From: Coprobacillus sp. CAG:605
Lineage (GTDB): Bacteria > Bacillota_I > Bacilli_A > RF39 > UBA660
Reading direction: 5' to 3'
Assembly (NCBI GenBank): GCA_000433255.1
Contig: HF998235.1
Location: 13-64,012 of the forward strand
DNA length: 64,000 bases
The notes under the pieces are model-generated. The model was given only the letters and a program-made list of their open reading frames with translations, was not told where the DNA came from and made no database searches. This document shows, one piece after another, positions 9,415-19,489 of this stretch. Each line of letters starts with the position of its first letter. The first letter of the stretch is position 1. The position numbers and the translations under genes are program-made.

Positions 9415-9951
9415 TTAATAACCTCTTCTTAGTATATCATAACTTACAATAGAACGTCCAACATGACTTAAAGCATATTCTTGACTTGGTGTTAATAAAT
9501 CTAAATTATTTCCCCCAACACCTCTATCTAATACAATCGCATATATTGGCTCACTACCTAATCTATGTTCATTAATTCTTATAACTGTTCCACAAGGTGT
9601 CGCAGTCGAAGACGCCACAATATTAAGCTCTCCATAAGTCGCATCTTGATAAGTAACGTTTCCATGTAATACATCTAAACTAGGCATACACGCTAAATGC
9701 CCACCACATAAGGGACAATCTGCCGAATACCCAGTTAAATAACCAGTATAAGTATCTTTAGCTGAATATAAATCATTAGCAATATCTTCTTTAACTTTCA
9801 TAACCATTGAATTTAAATCTAAGGTTTTATTTAAGTTCGAGTTACCTGCTTTCAAAAATTTATTATTAGAAGTTGATGTAATAAGTATCAAAGAAACTAC
9901 TAAAACTCCACTTTTAATCAAAAAATTAATCATTTTAGTAAATTTATTCAT
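9415..9951 (-). CDS. 3D-domain (MltA-like) secreted protein, YabE-like by position
   Basis: N-terminal signal/TM segment. The C-terminus (GYLTGYSADCPLCGG ... VASSTATPCGTVIRI ... YAIVLDRG) resembles a 3D domain. Lies between tatD and rsmA as yabE does. Confidence 0.55.
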   Translation of the reverse strand: MNKFTKMINFLIKSGVLVVSLILITSTSNNKFLKAGNSNLNKTLDLNSMVMKVKEDIANDLYSAKDTYTGYLTGYSADCPLCGGHLACMPSLDVLHGNVTYQDATYGELNIVASSTATPCGTVIRINEHRLGSEPIYAIVLDRGVGGNNLDLLTPSQEYALSHVGRSIVSYDILRRGY

Positions 9952-9997
9952 TTAATTTACTCACCTCAAGTACAAATTAATTTTATCATGATTATAT

Positions 9998-10735
9998 TTA
10001 AATGTCAAAAATCCTTTTAATATTTTCATTGGTAATATTTTCTAAAGGTGCTAAGTCTACATTATATAGCTGACATATGAACAATGCCACATCTTTAATA
10101 TGAGCTGGTTCATTTCTCTTTCCTCTATATGGAACCGGTGTTAAATAAGGACTATCAGTTTCTAAAATAATATTTCCCAAAGGAATTTTTGTCAAAATAT
10201 CCTTTAAATTACAATTTTTAAAAGTAACAACGCCATTTACTCCTAATACAAATCCCATTTTTATATATATACAAGCTGTTTCATAACTTCCACTAAATGA
10301 ATGAATTACACCCTTTACTTTATGCCTTTTTAATATCTCGATAGTATCTAAAGTTGCATCACGACTATGAATAACAACCGGCAAATTTAATCTTTCGGCT
10401 ATTTCTAATTGACGTTCAAATATTGCAATTTGTTCATCTTTATTTTCTTTACCATAATGATAATCTAATCCAATCTCTCCAATACCAACAATTTTACTAG
10501 GTAAATTATCAAATATTTTATAATCAAATTCTTCCAAGCAATTCTCTGGATGTAATCCAACAACTCCATAAACATTATCATATTTTTTTACATCCTCTAT
10601 AACTTCTAATGAACTAGCCATATTATATCCAGCGTTAATTATTCTCAAAACTCCCTGTTTTTTAGCATTATCTAAAATGCTCTTCTTATCATCGTAATAT
10701 TCATTTAAAACATGACAATGTGTATCCGTTAACAT
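9998..10735 (-). CDS. tatD: TatD-family metal-dependent DNase/hydrolase
   Basis: MLTDTHCHV, GEIGLDY, VIHSRDA and ETDSPYL motifs. Confidence 0.9.
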   Translation of the reverse strand: MLTDTHCHVLNEYYDDKKSILDNAKKQGVLRIINAGYNMASSLEVIEDVKKYDNVYGVVGLHPENCLEEFDYKIFDNLPSKIVGIGEIGLDYHYGKENKDEQIAIFERQLEIAERLNLPVVIHSRDATLDTIEILKRHKVKGVIHSFSGSYETACIYIKMGFVLGVNGVVTFKNCNLKDILTKIPLGNIILETDSPYLTPVPYRGKRNEPAHIKDVALFICQLYNVDLAPLENITNENIKRIFDI

Positions 10736-10755
10736 ATTATCCTACTTTCAATTTT

Positions 10756-10769
10756 ATTTCCCAGGAAAT
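10756..10769. promoter_or_regulatory. Noc-binding-site-like palindrome, one mismatch (ATTTCCCAGGAAAT)
   Basis: 13/14 match to the B. subtilis NBS consensus ATTTCCCGGGAAAT. Intergenic between tatD and metG. Confidence 0.5.
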
Positions 10770-10806
10770 ATTTTGTCATACAAGCAAGAAAAATTTCACC
10801 ATAATT

Positions 10807-10820
10807 ATTTCCCGGGAAAT
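10807..10820. promoter_or_regulatory. Perfect Noc-binding-site palindrome ATTTCCCGGGAAAT
   Basis: 14/14 match to the NBS consensus, 2 nt from the metG stop and 37 bp from the previous site. Confidence 0.6.
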
Positions 10821-10822
10821 AA

Positions 10823-12352
10823 TTATTTTCTCTCGATTCTAGTAAATAAATGCTCAGGTGTTCCCAACTTAATTGAAGATTTTAATCCACCAAAAACTTT
10901 AGTACTTTCATAATCTCTTACATCAGTGTTTAATTGATTTAAAATCTTTTCACTAGTTTCTGGTAAAAATGGACTTAAATGAATAGCAATAATTCTAATA
11001 CTTTCTAACAAGTTATATAAAACAGTCCCAAGTCTAGCTTTCTTACTTTCATCTTTAGCCAAAATCCAAGGTGTTGTATCATCAATATACTTATTACACT
11101 TTCTAAGAACATCAAAAATTTCTTCTAAAGTCTCGCCGACTTTTAATTCGTTCATTTTCTCTTCTAACTTATTTGAAAGTCCAAGCACATTATTTATTAA
11201 ATCATTATCGATTTCTTCAGTACAATCTCCATTTTGAACAATTCCTTCAAAATACTTCATATTCATACTTATCGTACGATGTACCAAATTTCCTAAATTA
11301 TTAACCAAGTCCGCATTAATTCTATTAACTAAATTTTCTTCACTAAAAGTACCATCACTTCCAAATGGAACCTCTCTTAAAGCATAATATCTAACCGCAT
11401 CAACTCCATAATCACGAATATACTCTCTCGGATCTTTATAATTTCCTAAACTCTTACTAATCTTACCGCCATTGATAACTAACCAACCATGACCAAATAC
11501 TTGTTTAGGTAACTCCAAGTCTAAAGCCATTAACATTGCTGGCCAAATAATAGTATGAAATCTTACAATTTCCTTACCAACCAAATGCAAATCGCAAGGC
11601 CAATATTTTTTAAACTTCTCATCATTTTCAGTCATATAACCAAGCGAAGTAATATAGTTTGACAAAGCATCAACCCAAACATAAATAACATGCTTAGGGT
11701 CAAAAGTAACTGGAATACCCCAAGTAAATGAAGTTCTAGAAACACATAAATCATCTAATCCTGGTTTAATAAAGTTATTAATCATTTCATTCTTTCTTGA
11801 CTTTGGTAAGATAAAATCAGGATGTGACTCAATATACTCCACTAATCTATCTTGATATTTAGATAATCTAAAAAAGTATGCTTCCTCACTAACCTCTTTA
11901 ACTTCTCTCCCACAATCTGGACACATGCCATTAACTAACTGACTTTCAGTCCAAAATGATTCACAAGGAGTACAATATAATCCTTTATATTCTCCTTTAT
12001 AAATATCACCTTGGTCATACAACTTCTTAAATATCTTTTGTACTATTTCTTCATGTTTTTTATCGGTTGTTCTAATAAAATAATCATAACTAATATTTAA
12101 ACTTTTCCATAAATCTTTAGCGTTATTTACTATTTTATCTACATACTCTTTTGGCGTAACTCCCGCCTCACGAGCTTTATTTTCAATTTTTTGACCATGT
12201 TCATCAGTTCCCGTTTGAAAATAAACATCATATCCTAATAATCTCTTATATCTTGCAATCGAATCTGCAATAATTGTTGTATAACAATGTCCAATATGAA
12301 AATCTGCACTTGGATAATATATCGGTGTTGTTATATAAAATTTCTTTTCCAT
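10823..12352 (-). CDS. metG: Methionyl-tRNA synthetase
   Basis: HIGH motif (ADFHIGHCY), KMSKS motif (KISKSLGN) and a zinc knuckle (CTPCESF ... CPDCG). ATG 12352 is preceded by a GGAGGAG RBS. Confidence 0.95.
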   Translation of the reverse strand: MEKKFYITTPIYYPSADFHIGHCYTTIIADSIARYKRLLGYDVYFQTGTDEHGQKIENKAREAGVTPKEYVDKIVNNAKDLWKSLNISYDYFIRTTDKKHEEIVQKIFKKLYDQGDIYKGEYKGLYCTPCESFWTESQLVNGMCPDCGREVKEVSEEAYFFRLSKYQDRLVEYIESHPDFILPKSRKNEMINNFIKPGLDDLCVSRTSFTWGIPVTFDPKHVIYVWVDALSNYITSLGYMTENDEKFKKYWPCDLHLVGKEIVRFHTIIWPAMLMALDLELPKQVFGHGWLVINGGKISKSLGNYKDPREYIRDYGVDAVRYYALREVPFGSDGTFSEENLVNRINADLVNNLGNLVHRTISMNMKYFEGIVQNGDCTEEIDNDLINNVLGLSNKLEEKMNELKVGETLEEIFDVLRKCNKYIDDTTPWILAKDESKKARLGTVLYNLLESIRIIAIHLSPFLPETSEKILNQLNTDVRDYESTKVFGGLKSSIKLGTPEHLFTRIERK

Positions 12353-12374
12353 AACTATCTCCTCCATAGAAAAA

Positions 12375-12565
12375 AGCCATAACATAAGGACGAGAAAACC
12401 CGTGGTACCACCTTATTTTATGACTAATCATACACTTAAATATCTTAACGCGATTAACGATTTAGCTCCCAAATCCATACTCCCTATTCATTTTTATTTC
12501 TCTTCCACCATCAAGAAACTCTCTTTAAAAAACTCCTAGGTACCCATTTGTTCCTCACTAATTAA
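12375..12565 (-). promoter_or_regulatory. T-box leader (probable Met specifier AUG) controlling metG
   Basis: Minus strand contains the T-box sequence GGTGGTACCACGG, a terminator ending GGCTTTTTT just before the RBS, AGAGA and CGTTA boxes, and AAAATGAAT as a candidate specifier loop. Confidence 0.8.
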
Positions 12566-12581
12566 CCATAGTTTACCATTA

Positions 12582-13052
12582 TTAACATGAAATATCAAGT
12601 TTATTTGTAATCAAAATATTAAGTATTTGACCCACTATTTCATTACAACTACTATCACTAACTAAGATAATCCCTTCCACATTTGAATCAATTATCACTG
12701 GTCTTAAATCACAAGCACTACAAATCTTATCTTTTTCCCTCATTAAATCATATAGTGATAATCCAACCAATCTTTTAACATCTAAATCGGTAATCTCAGT
12801 ATTATTAAAAATAATTTTTTCCCTATTTGTCGCTAGTATTTTTACATGCATATTATCCACAAGCATTTTCAAAAGTCCAATCACATACTCATCATAATTC
12901 TTAATTGCTACCGCTTTAACTAACTTTATATAATTATCATCAATACTTATTTCTAAACTATCATCTTTCTTTATTGACAATCTCTTTCTTATATCTTTAG
13001 GGATTACAATACGTCCTAATTCATCTATTTTTTTAATCGAACCATTATTCAT
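12582..13052 (-). CDS. spoVT: AbrB-domain transcription regulator, SpoVT-like
   Basis: N-terminal KIDELGRIVIPKDIRKRLSIKKDDSLEI (SpoVT/AbrB swapped-hairpin) plus a C-terminal domain. Directly downstream of mfd as in B. subtilis. Confidence 0.65.
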   Translation of the reverse strand: MNNGSIKKIDELGRIVIPKDIRKRLSIKKDDSLEISIDDNYIKLVKAVAIKNYDEYVIGLLKMLVDNMHVKILATNREKIIFNNTEITDLDVKRLVGLSLYDLMREKDKICSACDLRPVIIDSNVEGIILVSDSSCNEIVGQILNILITNKLDISC

Positions 13053-13098
13053 TTCATAACCTCACTACCCTTATTTTATCCACAAGTATCTTTTTTAT

Positions 13099-13121
13099 AA
13101 CTAAAACAACAAAAAAGAGGC
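13099..13121 (-). terminator. Terminator after mfd
   Basis: Minus strand reads agaggc-tttg-gcctct followed by T6. Confidence 0.7.
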
Positions 13122-13130
13122 CAAAGCCTC

Positions 13131-16100
13131 TTAATTACTTAATTTATCCACTTCATCTTTTATTAAATTCAATAAATCTACCAAGTAATAGACAAAATGT
13201 TTATCTAAATTATTCACAGGTAAAGTAATATATACTTTATTTAATACTGAACGAAATTGAAACTTTCTTGAAATATTATAAGCTTGAATAAATAACTTAT
13301 CAAATTTTAAATTATGAACCAAAGTAGTTGGCAGTTCAATCTCCACTAAAGTACTATTCTGTACAACTTTTGTTATTCCTAGACTATTAGCTAGTTTTTC
13401 AAACCATTCTTCATACATATAAACTCTAATCTTTTCATCAATCTTACCAAATCTATCCTCAATTTCATGCTGAATGCTTTCTAATTTTTCATAACTATCA
13501 ATTTCATTAATCTTTTGATGAATTTCAATTTTTAAACTCTCATCACTTACATACTTATCACTAATATGAGTATCAACATTAATTAAAGCTTTATTACTAG
13601 TATCTTCTTTAGGTATTTCTTCCCCATGAATTTTTTTAATCTCTTCATCAACCATTTTCATATACAAATCTAGGCCAACCGCTGAAACAAATCCCGCTTG
13701 ATCACTACCCAAAATATCCCCAGCACCACGTAGCGACAAATCACGCATAGCAATACGATAACCACTACCTAACTCAGTAAACTCTTTAATAGCTTGTAAT
13801 CTCTTTATCGCAATATCATTTAACATCTTATTTTTATCATACATTAAATAAGCATAAGCAATTTTATTACTACGCCCAACACGACCACGAATTTGATACA
13901 ACTGACTTAAACCAAATCTGTCAGCATCAAATATTATCAATGTATTAGTATTAGGAATATCTATTCCAGTTTCAATAATCGTCGTACATAATAAAATATC
14001 ATACTTATAATTAATAAAATCATCCATTACATCTTCAATTTCACTTTTATTCATTCGACCATGAGCCGTTACAATCCTAGCTTCCGGAACTAACTTTTGC
14101 AATTCACTTCGTTTATTTTCTAAGCCATCAACATGATTATATAAAATAAATATTTGTCCTTTTCGCGCTAATTCCTTATATATAGCATCTTTTACAACCA
14201 TATCAGATTCCGCCATGACATAGGTTTGAACAGGATATCTATTAACCGGTGCCGTATCTATAATGGATAAATCTCTTAACCCTGACATCGCCATTTTCAA
14301 AGTTCTTGGAATTGGTGTTGCAGATAATGTTAAAACATTAACATCATTCTTATATTGTTTAATTCTTTCTTTATGTGTTACTCCAAAACGTTGTTCTTCA
14401 TCAACTATTAATAACCCTAAATTCTTATATTCAATGTCCTTACTAAGCAAACGATGCGTACCAAATACTATATCTATAGTTCCATTTTTTAAGCCTTCTA
14501 AAATTCTTTCCGTTTCTTTAGGAGTAGTAAATCTATTTAATAACGCTATTTCTACCGGAAAATTTTTAAATCTTTCCAAAGCATTTTCATATTGTTGCTT
14601 TGAAAGTATTGTTGTAGGACATAAATAAGATACTTGCATATTATTAACAACTGTTTTAAACATTGCTCTAAATGCTACTTCAGTCTTTCCAAAACCTACA
14701 TCTCCACATAATAATCTATCCATAGGAACATCTTTTTCTAAATCCTGATTAATATCTTTAAAAGCTTTTTCTTGGTCAGCCGTTGGAACATACTTAAAAT
14801 CAGCATCAAATAAATCTTCTATTGGATCACTTTTAAAAGCTGGCCCTTTTATCTTAGCACGCTCCGCATAAAGCTTAATAAGTTCCATAGAAATATCATG
14901 AACTTTTTTCTGCATTGCTCGTTTAGTCTTTTCCCAAGAGGTACTATTTAGCTTATTAATTTTAGGAACATCCCCATCTTTAGAAGAATACTTAAATATA
15001 TTACTAATCTTTTCTACAGGAACATAAACTTTATCATCACCATCATACTTTATTAGTAAGTAATCTTTTTTTATACCATGATTATCTAACGTAACAACAC
15101 CACTATAAATACCTATTCCATGAGCTTCATGAACGACATAATCACCAACTTCCAACTGGTCAAAATTATGTATTCTTTTACCAATTCGATAAGAATTTTT
15201 ATATTTAATTTCTTTATGATTTATTTTTTCAATATCAAATTCCGCTATTACACAGTAATTAAATATTTCAAAACCATTATCTATTTTCTTTGAAATAATA
15301 TTTATTTTATTAGTAATAATTTCATTTCCAGTGGTAATTCTTGCCGCGGGAAATATTTCTATTATATCATCAATTTCATTTTTATTAGATAAATAAAATA
15401 TAATAGTATTATTACTTTTTAATTTATTTTTTACATAATTTTCTAATAAATCAAAGTTAGAATTAAAATTTTCTATTTCTTTTGTTTGATAATGAAATTT
15501 ATTATCATTTAAAACCTCTAAACTATCCAAATAAATCCAGTTCGAAATATTTAACTCTTCCATTTCAAACATATATTTTTTATTCTCATTTAGCGATTGA
15601 TTATATTCCATTATCTCATCACAAAGTTTAGCATACCCTGCATCAATTTGCGATTTTTCAATCATAAATACAAAAGGCTTTCCTAAATAATCCAAGATTG
15701 AACTCTTATTTGCCGTTTCAATCTCGATATAAGGTAATATCGTAATCTTATCTATCTCTTTAATAGATAACTGATTATTCTCATCAAATACTCTTACTGA
15801 ATCAATTTCGTCACCAAAAAATTCAATTCTAACTGGATGCTCTTGCTCGATTATAAATAAATCAATTATAAAACCACGAACCGCATATTCACCAGTCGCT
15901 GCAACCATAGATTCCTTAGTATATCCAAACTCATCTAAAATTTGAATAAACTTATCTCTATTTATTTGCATCCCCTTCTTTAACTCAAATTGTGTCTTAT
16001 TAGCATATTTATAGTCAGGAAGATATCTTAAAAGTCCCATTAAATTCGTAACGACAATATGTTTTTTATTATCCTTTAATTGATTTAAAGTTTCCAAACG

Positions 16101-16358
16101 TTTAATTTTCAAATCAGGCGAAATCGCCACCGCTACTGAAGAAATAAAATCATCCATTGGAAATATTAAAACATCCTTATTTAAAGTACTTAGTAAATCA
16201 TAATATTGATTAGCTTCATATAAACTATTAGCTAAAACTAAAACGTTCTCATCATGAATTTCAAAATACTGATTAACGTAAAAAACGTTTAACTCTTTCG
16301 TTAAACCAATTACTTCACTATTATTAACATAATTATATAACTCATTTAAATAATTCAT
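13131..16358 (-). CDS. mfd: Transcription-repair coupling factor Mfd
   Basis: 1075 aa with a CarD-like domain (VGDYVVHEAHGIG) and helicase motifs (GDVGFGKTEVA, DEEQRFG, TATPIPRTL, QLYQIRGRVGR). Confidence 0.96.
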   Translation of the reverse strand: MNYLNELYNYVNNSEVIGLTKELNVFYVNQYFEIHDENVLVLANSLYEANQYYDLLSTLNKDVLIFPMDDFISSVAVAISPDLKIKRLETLNQLKDNKKHIVVTNLMGLLRYLPDYKYANKTQFELKKGMQINRDKFIQILDEFGYTKESMVAATGEYAVRGFIIDLFIIEQEHPVRIEFFGDEIDSVRVFDENNQLSIKEIDKITILPYIEIETANKSSILDYLGKPFVFMIEKSQIDAGYAKLCDEIMEYNQSLNENKKYMFEMEELNISNWIYLDSLEVLNDNKFHYQTKEIENFNSNFDLLENYVKNKLKSNNTIIFYLSNKNEIDDIIEIFPAARITTGNEIITNKINIISKKIDNGFEIFNYCVIAEFDIEKINHKEIKYKNSYRIGKRIHNFDQLEVGDYVVHEAHGIGIYSGVVTLDNHGIKKDYLLIKYDGDDKVYVPVEKISNIFKYSSKDGDVPKINKLNSTSWEKTKRAMQKKVHDISMELIKLYAERAKIKGPAFKSDPIEDLFDADFKYVPTADQEKAFKDINQDLEKDVPMDRLLCGDVGFGKTEVAFRAMFKTVVNNMQVSYLCPTTILSKQQYENALERFKNFPVEIALLNRFTTPKETERILEGLKNGTIDIVFGTHRLLSKDIEYKNLGLLIVDEEQRFGVTHKERIKQYKNDVNVLTLSATPIPRTLKMAMSGLRDLSIIDTAPVNRYPVQTYVMAESDMVVKDAIYKELARKGQIFILYNHVDGLENKRSELQKLVPEARIVTAHGRMNKSEIEDVMDDFINYKYDILLCTTIIETGIDIPNTNTLIIFDADRFGLSQLYQIRGRVGRSNKIAYAYLMYDKNKMLNDIAIKRLQAIKEFTELGSGYRIAMRDLSLRGAGDILGSDQAGFVSAVGLDLYMKMVDEEIKKIHGEEIPKEDTSNKALINVDTHISDKYVSDESLKIEIHQKINEIDSYEKLESIQHEIEDRFGKIDEKIRVYMYEEWFEKLANSLGITKVVQNSTLVEIELPTTLVHNLKFDKLFIQAYNISRKFQFRSVLNKVYITLPVNNLDKHFVYYLVDLLNLIKDEVDKLSN

Positions 16359-16367
16359 ACCAATTAC

Positions 16368-16919
16368 CTATTTCTTATTATACTTTTGCATACAATACTC
16401 TATATCATGATTAGCAAAATCTACTATGATGTCTTTAAATATAGGAGCCATTTCATTAAATTGTTCTAAATTTTCTTTACTAATTCTTCCTAAAACATAA
16501 TCTTTAGTATCCATACTTCTATCATGCGCAATACCAATTTTCAACCGAGGAACCATATCAGTTCCTAAAGAAGCAATTATTGACTTCATTCCATTATGTC
16601 CGCCCGCACTACTTTTATATTTTAACCGATATTTTAGAAATGATAAGTCTAAATCATCTTGAATAATCAAAATATCTTTATTTTCAATTTTATAATAATT
16701 AGCAAATTTGGCAACTGCATCTCCTGAAAGATTAACGTACGTTAAAGGCTTTATAAAAATAACTTTTTCACCATTAATATTTTCTTCACAACATAAAGCA
16801 TTGAACTTTTTGACAAATTTTTTATTTCCCGGGAAATAATCTAACACCATAAACCCAATATTATGTCTTGTACATTCATACTCTTTACCATAATTTCCAA
16901 TACCAACAATTAACTTCAT
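16368..16919 (-). CDS. pth: Peptidyl-tRNA hydrolase
   Basis: MKLIVGIGNYGKEYECTRHNIGF and GGHNGMKSI motifs. Confidence 0.93.
   Translation of the reverse strand: MKLIVGIGNYGKEYECTRHNIGFMVLDYFPGNKKFVKKFNALCCEENINGEKVIFIKPLTYVNLSGDAVAKFANYYKIENKDILIIQDDLDLSFLKYRLKYKSSAGGHNGMKSIIASLGTDMVPRLKIGIAHDRSMDTKDYVLGRISKENLEQFNEMAPIFKDIIVDFANHDIEYCMQKYNKK
16824..16837. promoter_or_regulatory. Perfect Noc-binding-site palindrome inside pth
   Basis: ATTTCCCGGGAAAT. It is translated as YFPGN in pth. Confidence 0.6.
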
Positions 16920-16932
16920 TTTATATCACATC

Positions 16933-17637
16933 CTAATCAAAAATTCTTTTATAACTCCTATGCTCTAATACATTTACTGGCGGATTAACAATCAAGCCAT
17001 CAGAACCATTTTTTGTCGCTTTAATAAGAACCATTATAGCACTCTTTTGATATCCTGCATAAACAAATTGTAACTTTTTAACACTAAATTTATATTTAGT
17101 TAAAATCCCTATAAGTTCCATTAATCTTTCTGGACGATGCACTAAATACAAAGGTGCTTTATTTTTTAAAATATATTTAGCCGTCATTACAATTTCTTCT
17201 AAATTAGTTTTTATTTCATGACGAGCTATAGCTAAACTTTCTTCTGTATTAACATATGACCCTTTATTTAACTTAAAATAAGGCGGATTACAAGTAACCG
17301 CATCAACAGATTCGGGTAAAATATATTCCAAGCTCTCATTAAGATTAGCATTAATAATTTTAACTTGTTTTTCTAAATTATTAAGTATAACCGAATTATA
17401 TGCTAATTGAAAAACATTTTTTTGTAATTCAAAACCAATTATTTTACTATTAACTCTAGTTGAAAGTATCAAAGGCACAGCCCCATTACCACAACAAAAA
17501 TCAACTATTGTATTTAATCCGGCCTTATTTTCTACAAATTCGGCAAGTAATATTGAGTCTAAAGAAAATTTAAATAATTTCTCATCTTGATATATTTCTA
17601 ATCCATAATCAAATAAATCATTCTTTACTACTTTCAT
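16933..17637 (-). CDS. Class I SAM-dependent N6-adenine methyltransferase, TrmN6/YabB-like
   Basis: SAM-binding DFCCGNGAVP and the motif IV CNPPYF. Confidence 0.7.
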   Translation of the reverse strand: MKVVKNDLFDYGLEIYQDEKLFKFSLDSILLAEFVENKAGLNTIVDFCCGNGAVPLILSTRVNSKIIGFELQKNVFQLAYNSVILNNLEKQVKIINANLNESLEYILPESVDAVTCNPPYFKLNKGSYVNTEESLAIARHEIKTNLEEIVMTAKYILKNKAPLYLVHRPERLMELIGILTKYKFSVKKLQFVYAGYQKSAIMVLIKATKNGSDGLIVNPPVNVLEHRSYKRIFD

Positions 17638-18418
17638 TATTATCTAGTTCAATCTCCTTAACTTCATTTCCAATTAAAACTTTATATTTTCTATTTAATA
17701 TATCAACAGATATAACTTTGCCTTCACCTTGCTCTAAAGTAATCTTCTTACCAACAGTAGGCATCCCGACACGACAACAACTATATTGTTCATCTTCGTA
17801 AGTTAAACAACATAATAATCTACCACAACAACCATTAATTTTAGAAGGATTCAAAGCAATATTTTGATTCTTAGCCATATTCATACTTATAGAATCAATA
17901 TGATTTAAAAAACCAGCACAACACAGTCTTCTCCCACATACACCATATCCATCAATACTTTTAGCTTTATCACGAGCCCCAATTTGTCTTAATTCAATTC
18001 TTGTTTTAAATTTACCAGCTATTCTTTTCGCAAGTTCACGAAAATCAATACGTTCATCAGCCAAGAAATTTAATAATAATTGTTTTCTATCAAAGTTAAA
18101 GCTCGAATCCATAAAACGCATATTCAAGTTTAATTCATTAGCAACTTCTTTAGCATAATTCATAGCTTCTTCTTGTTCCTTCAATAAACTTAAATGTTTC
18201 TTATAATCATTTTTGGTTGCAATACGAATTATTGGACTAATTTCCTCAATCGAAGTTTTTAAATCTGTTTCATTAACTTTCATTACTACTTTACCAAATT
18301 GTTCTCCTCGTTCTGTTCGAACAATAACCGTTACATTAATTGGACATTCTAATTTTTCTGCATTAAAATAATAAATTTTTCCATTTGGTTTAAATTCTAC
18401 ACCATAAATATTACGCAT
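17618..18418 (-). CDS. ricT: PSP1-domain protein RicT/YaaT (stage 0 sporulation)
   Basis: PSP1-like N-terminus and the Cys-rich C-terminus CGRRLCCAGFL ... CCGRLLCCLTYE. Follows holB as in B. subtilis. Confidence 0.85.
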   Translation of the reverse strand: MRNIYGVEFKPNGKIYYFNAEKLECPINVTVIVRTERGEQFGKVVMKVNETDLKTSIEEISPIIRIATKNDYKKHLSLLKEQEEAMNYAKEVANELNLNMRFMDSSFNFDRKQLLLNFLADERIDFRELAKRIAGKFKTRIELRQIGARDKAKSIDGYGVCGRRLCCAGFLNHIDSISMNMAKNQNIALNPSKINGCCGRLLCCLTYEDEQYSCCRVGMPTVGKKITLEQGEGKVISVDILNRKYKVLIGNEVKEIELDNNESSKE

Positions 18419-19244
18419 TAGCTCTCCTCATTTCTATGACAAACTGATCTAATAATAGCTCTAAACTTACATTTGCTTGATTTAATGTTATAGTTTTTTC
18501 TATAATTGCAATTTGCTTTTTTAATTGTTCAAGAGAAATTCCTGATAAAACGTCATTTTTTTTATTTCCCGGGAAATATTTTTCACTAATTGCACTCATA
18601 TACATATCAAAAATAACAGTTAACAAAGAATTAATTTCATTTCTCGTACCAAAAGACGGTAAAATAAATTCTTTATTTACTATCAAATCACAATTTTCCA
18701 AAATTCTTCTTACATATTCATTTGCATATTCAATTATTTTCTCATCAACTACACTCTTAGTCGCATAATCGATTTTCATAATTTGACAACGACTCTTTAT
18801 CGTATCAATTACTCTCTCTTTATTAGTAGTTATAAAGAACCCTAAAATATTATCTTCCGGTTCTTCTAAAAATTTTAACATACAGTTTGAAGCAGAATCA
18901 TTCATCATATCAGCATCTTTTATTATATATATATTATACCTTGAATACACAGGTTTAGTACTAAACTTTTCTTGCAACTCATTAAGTTGCTGTTTTTTTA
19001 TACTCATACCATCTGGCTCAACAATTATAATACTAGGTAAATTCAATAAATCAATTAACTTACATAAATTGCATTGTTCAGTACAATCACTCTTATACTT
19101 ATCAGGACAATTAACAATCTTTAATAGTTGTTTTATATCATTCAAACATAATTCATAATTATTTGTTTCAATTAAAAAAGCATGAGAAAGCTTATTATCC
19201 TCATATTTCTTTTTCAATTCATTAAATTTATCTGCTTCAAACAT
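18411..19244 (-). CDS. holB: DNA polymerase III delta-prime subunit HolB
   Basis: HAFLIE start, LKFLEEPE and IKSRCQ motifs. ATG 19244 is preceded by GGTGG. Confidence 0.85.
   Translation of the reverse strand: MFEADKFNELKKKYEDNKLSHAFLIETNNYELCLNDIKQLLKIVNCPDKYKSDCTEQCNLCKLIDLLNLPSIIIVEPDGMSIKKQQLNELQEKFSTKPVYSRYNIYIIKDADMMNDSASNCMLKFLEEPEDNILGFFITTNKERVIDTIKSRCQIMKIDYATKSVVDEKIIEYANEYVRRILENCDLIVNKEFILPSFGTRNEINSLLTVIFDMYMSAISEKYFPGNKKNDVLSGISLEQLKKQIAIIEKTITLNQANVSLELLLDQFVIEMRRANA
18564..18577. promoter_or_regulatory. Perfect Noc-binding-site palindrome inside holB
   Basis: ATTTCCCGGGAAAT. It is translated as YFPGN in holB. Confidence 0.6.
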
Positions 19245-19260
19245 AACTACCACCAATCAA

Positions 19261-19398
19261 TCATATTATCAATAATTTTATAATAACTAGTGCTAATACA
19301 CCAAAACCACCTAAAAAATAAGTAATTATTATATTTATAATATTAATAGGAATAATGACGTTAACATACTTTAACATAACATTTAAACCATATAACAT
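19261..19398 (-). CDS. Small hydrophobic BofA-like protein (absent from the ORF track)
   Basis: Manual translation gives MLYGLNVMLKYVNVIIPINIINIIITYFLGGFGVLALVIIKLLII. The IPIN-x8-FLGxxG-x-ALV pattern matches the C-terminal half of B. subtilis BofA as I recall it. It occupies the recR-bofA position. The frame stays open upstream to 19452 without a canonical start. Confidence 0.4.
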   Translation of the reverse strand: MLYGLNVMLKYVNVIIPINIINIIITYFLGGFGVLALVIIKLLII

Positions 19399-19489
19399 TA
19401 AAAAGGAAAAAACTAATTTTCTTATAACAAAATATACTTTTTTTATAGTTAATCACCAACCAATATAATTATATTAGGCTTACTATAAT

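Noticed and set aside
12246-12431. ORF 12246..12431 (-) overlapping the metG start
   Set aside because: It spans the T-box terminator and the first 35 codons of metG in another frame, and has no independent support.
13073-13081. Single consensus DnaA box TTATCCACA upstream of spoVT, and a TGTTGATAA box at 22815-22823
   Set aside because: At this base composition, about one isolated 9-mer match is expected by chance in 64 kb on both strands (my rough estimate). There is no clustering, so no function is claimed.
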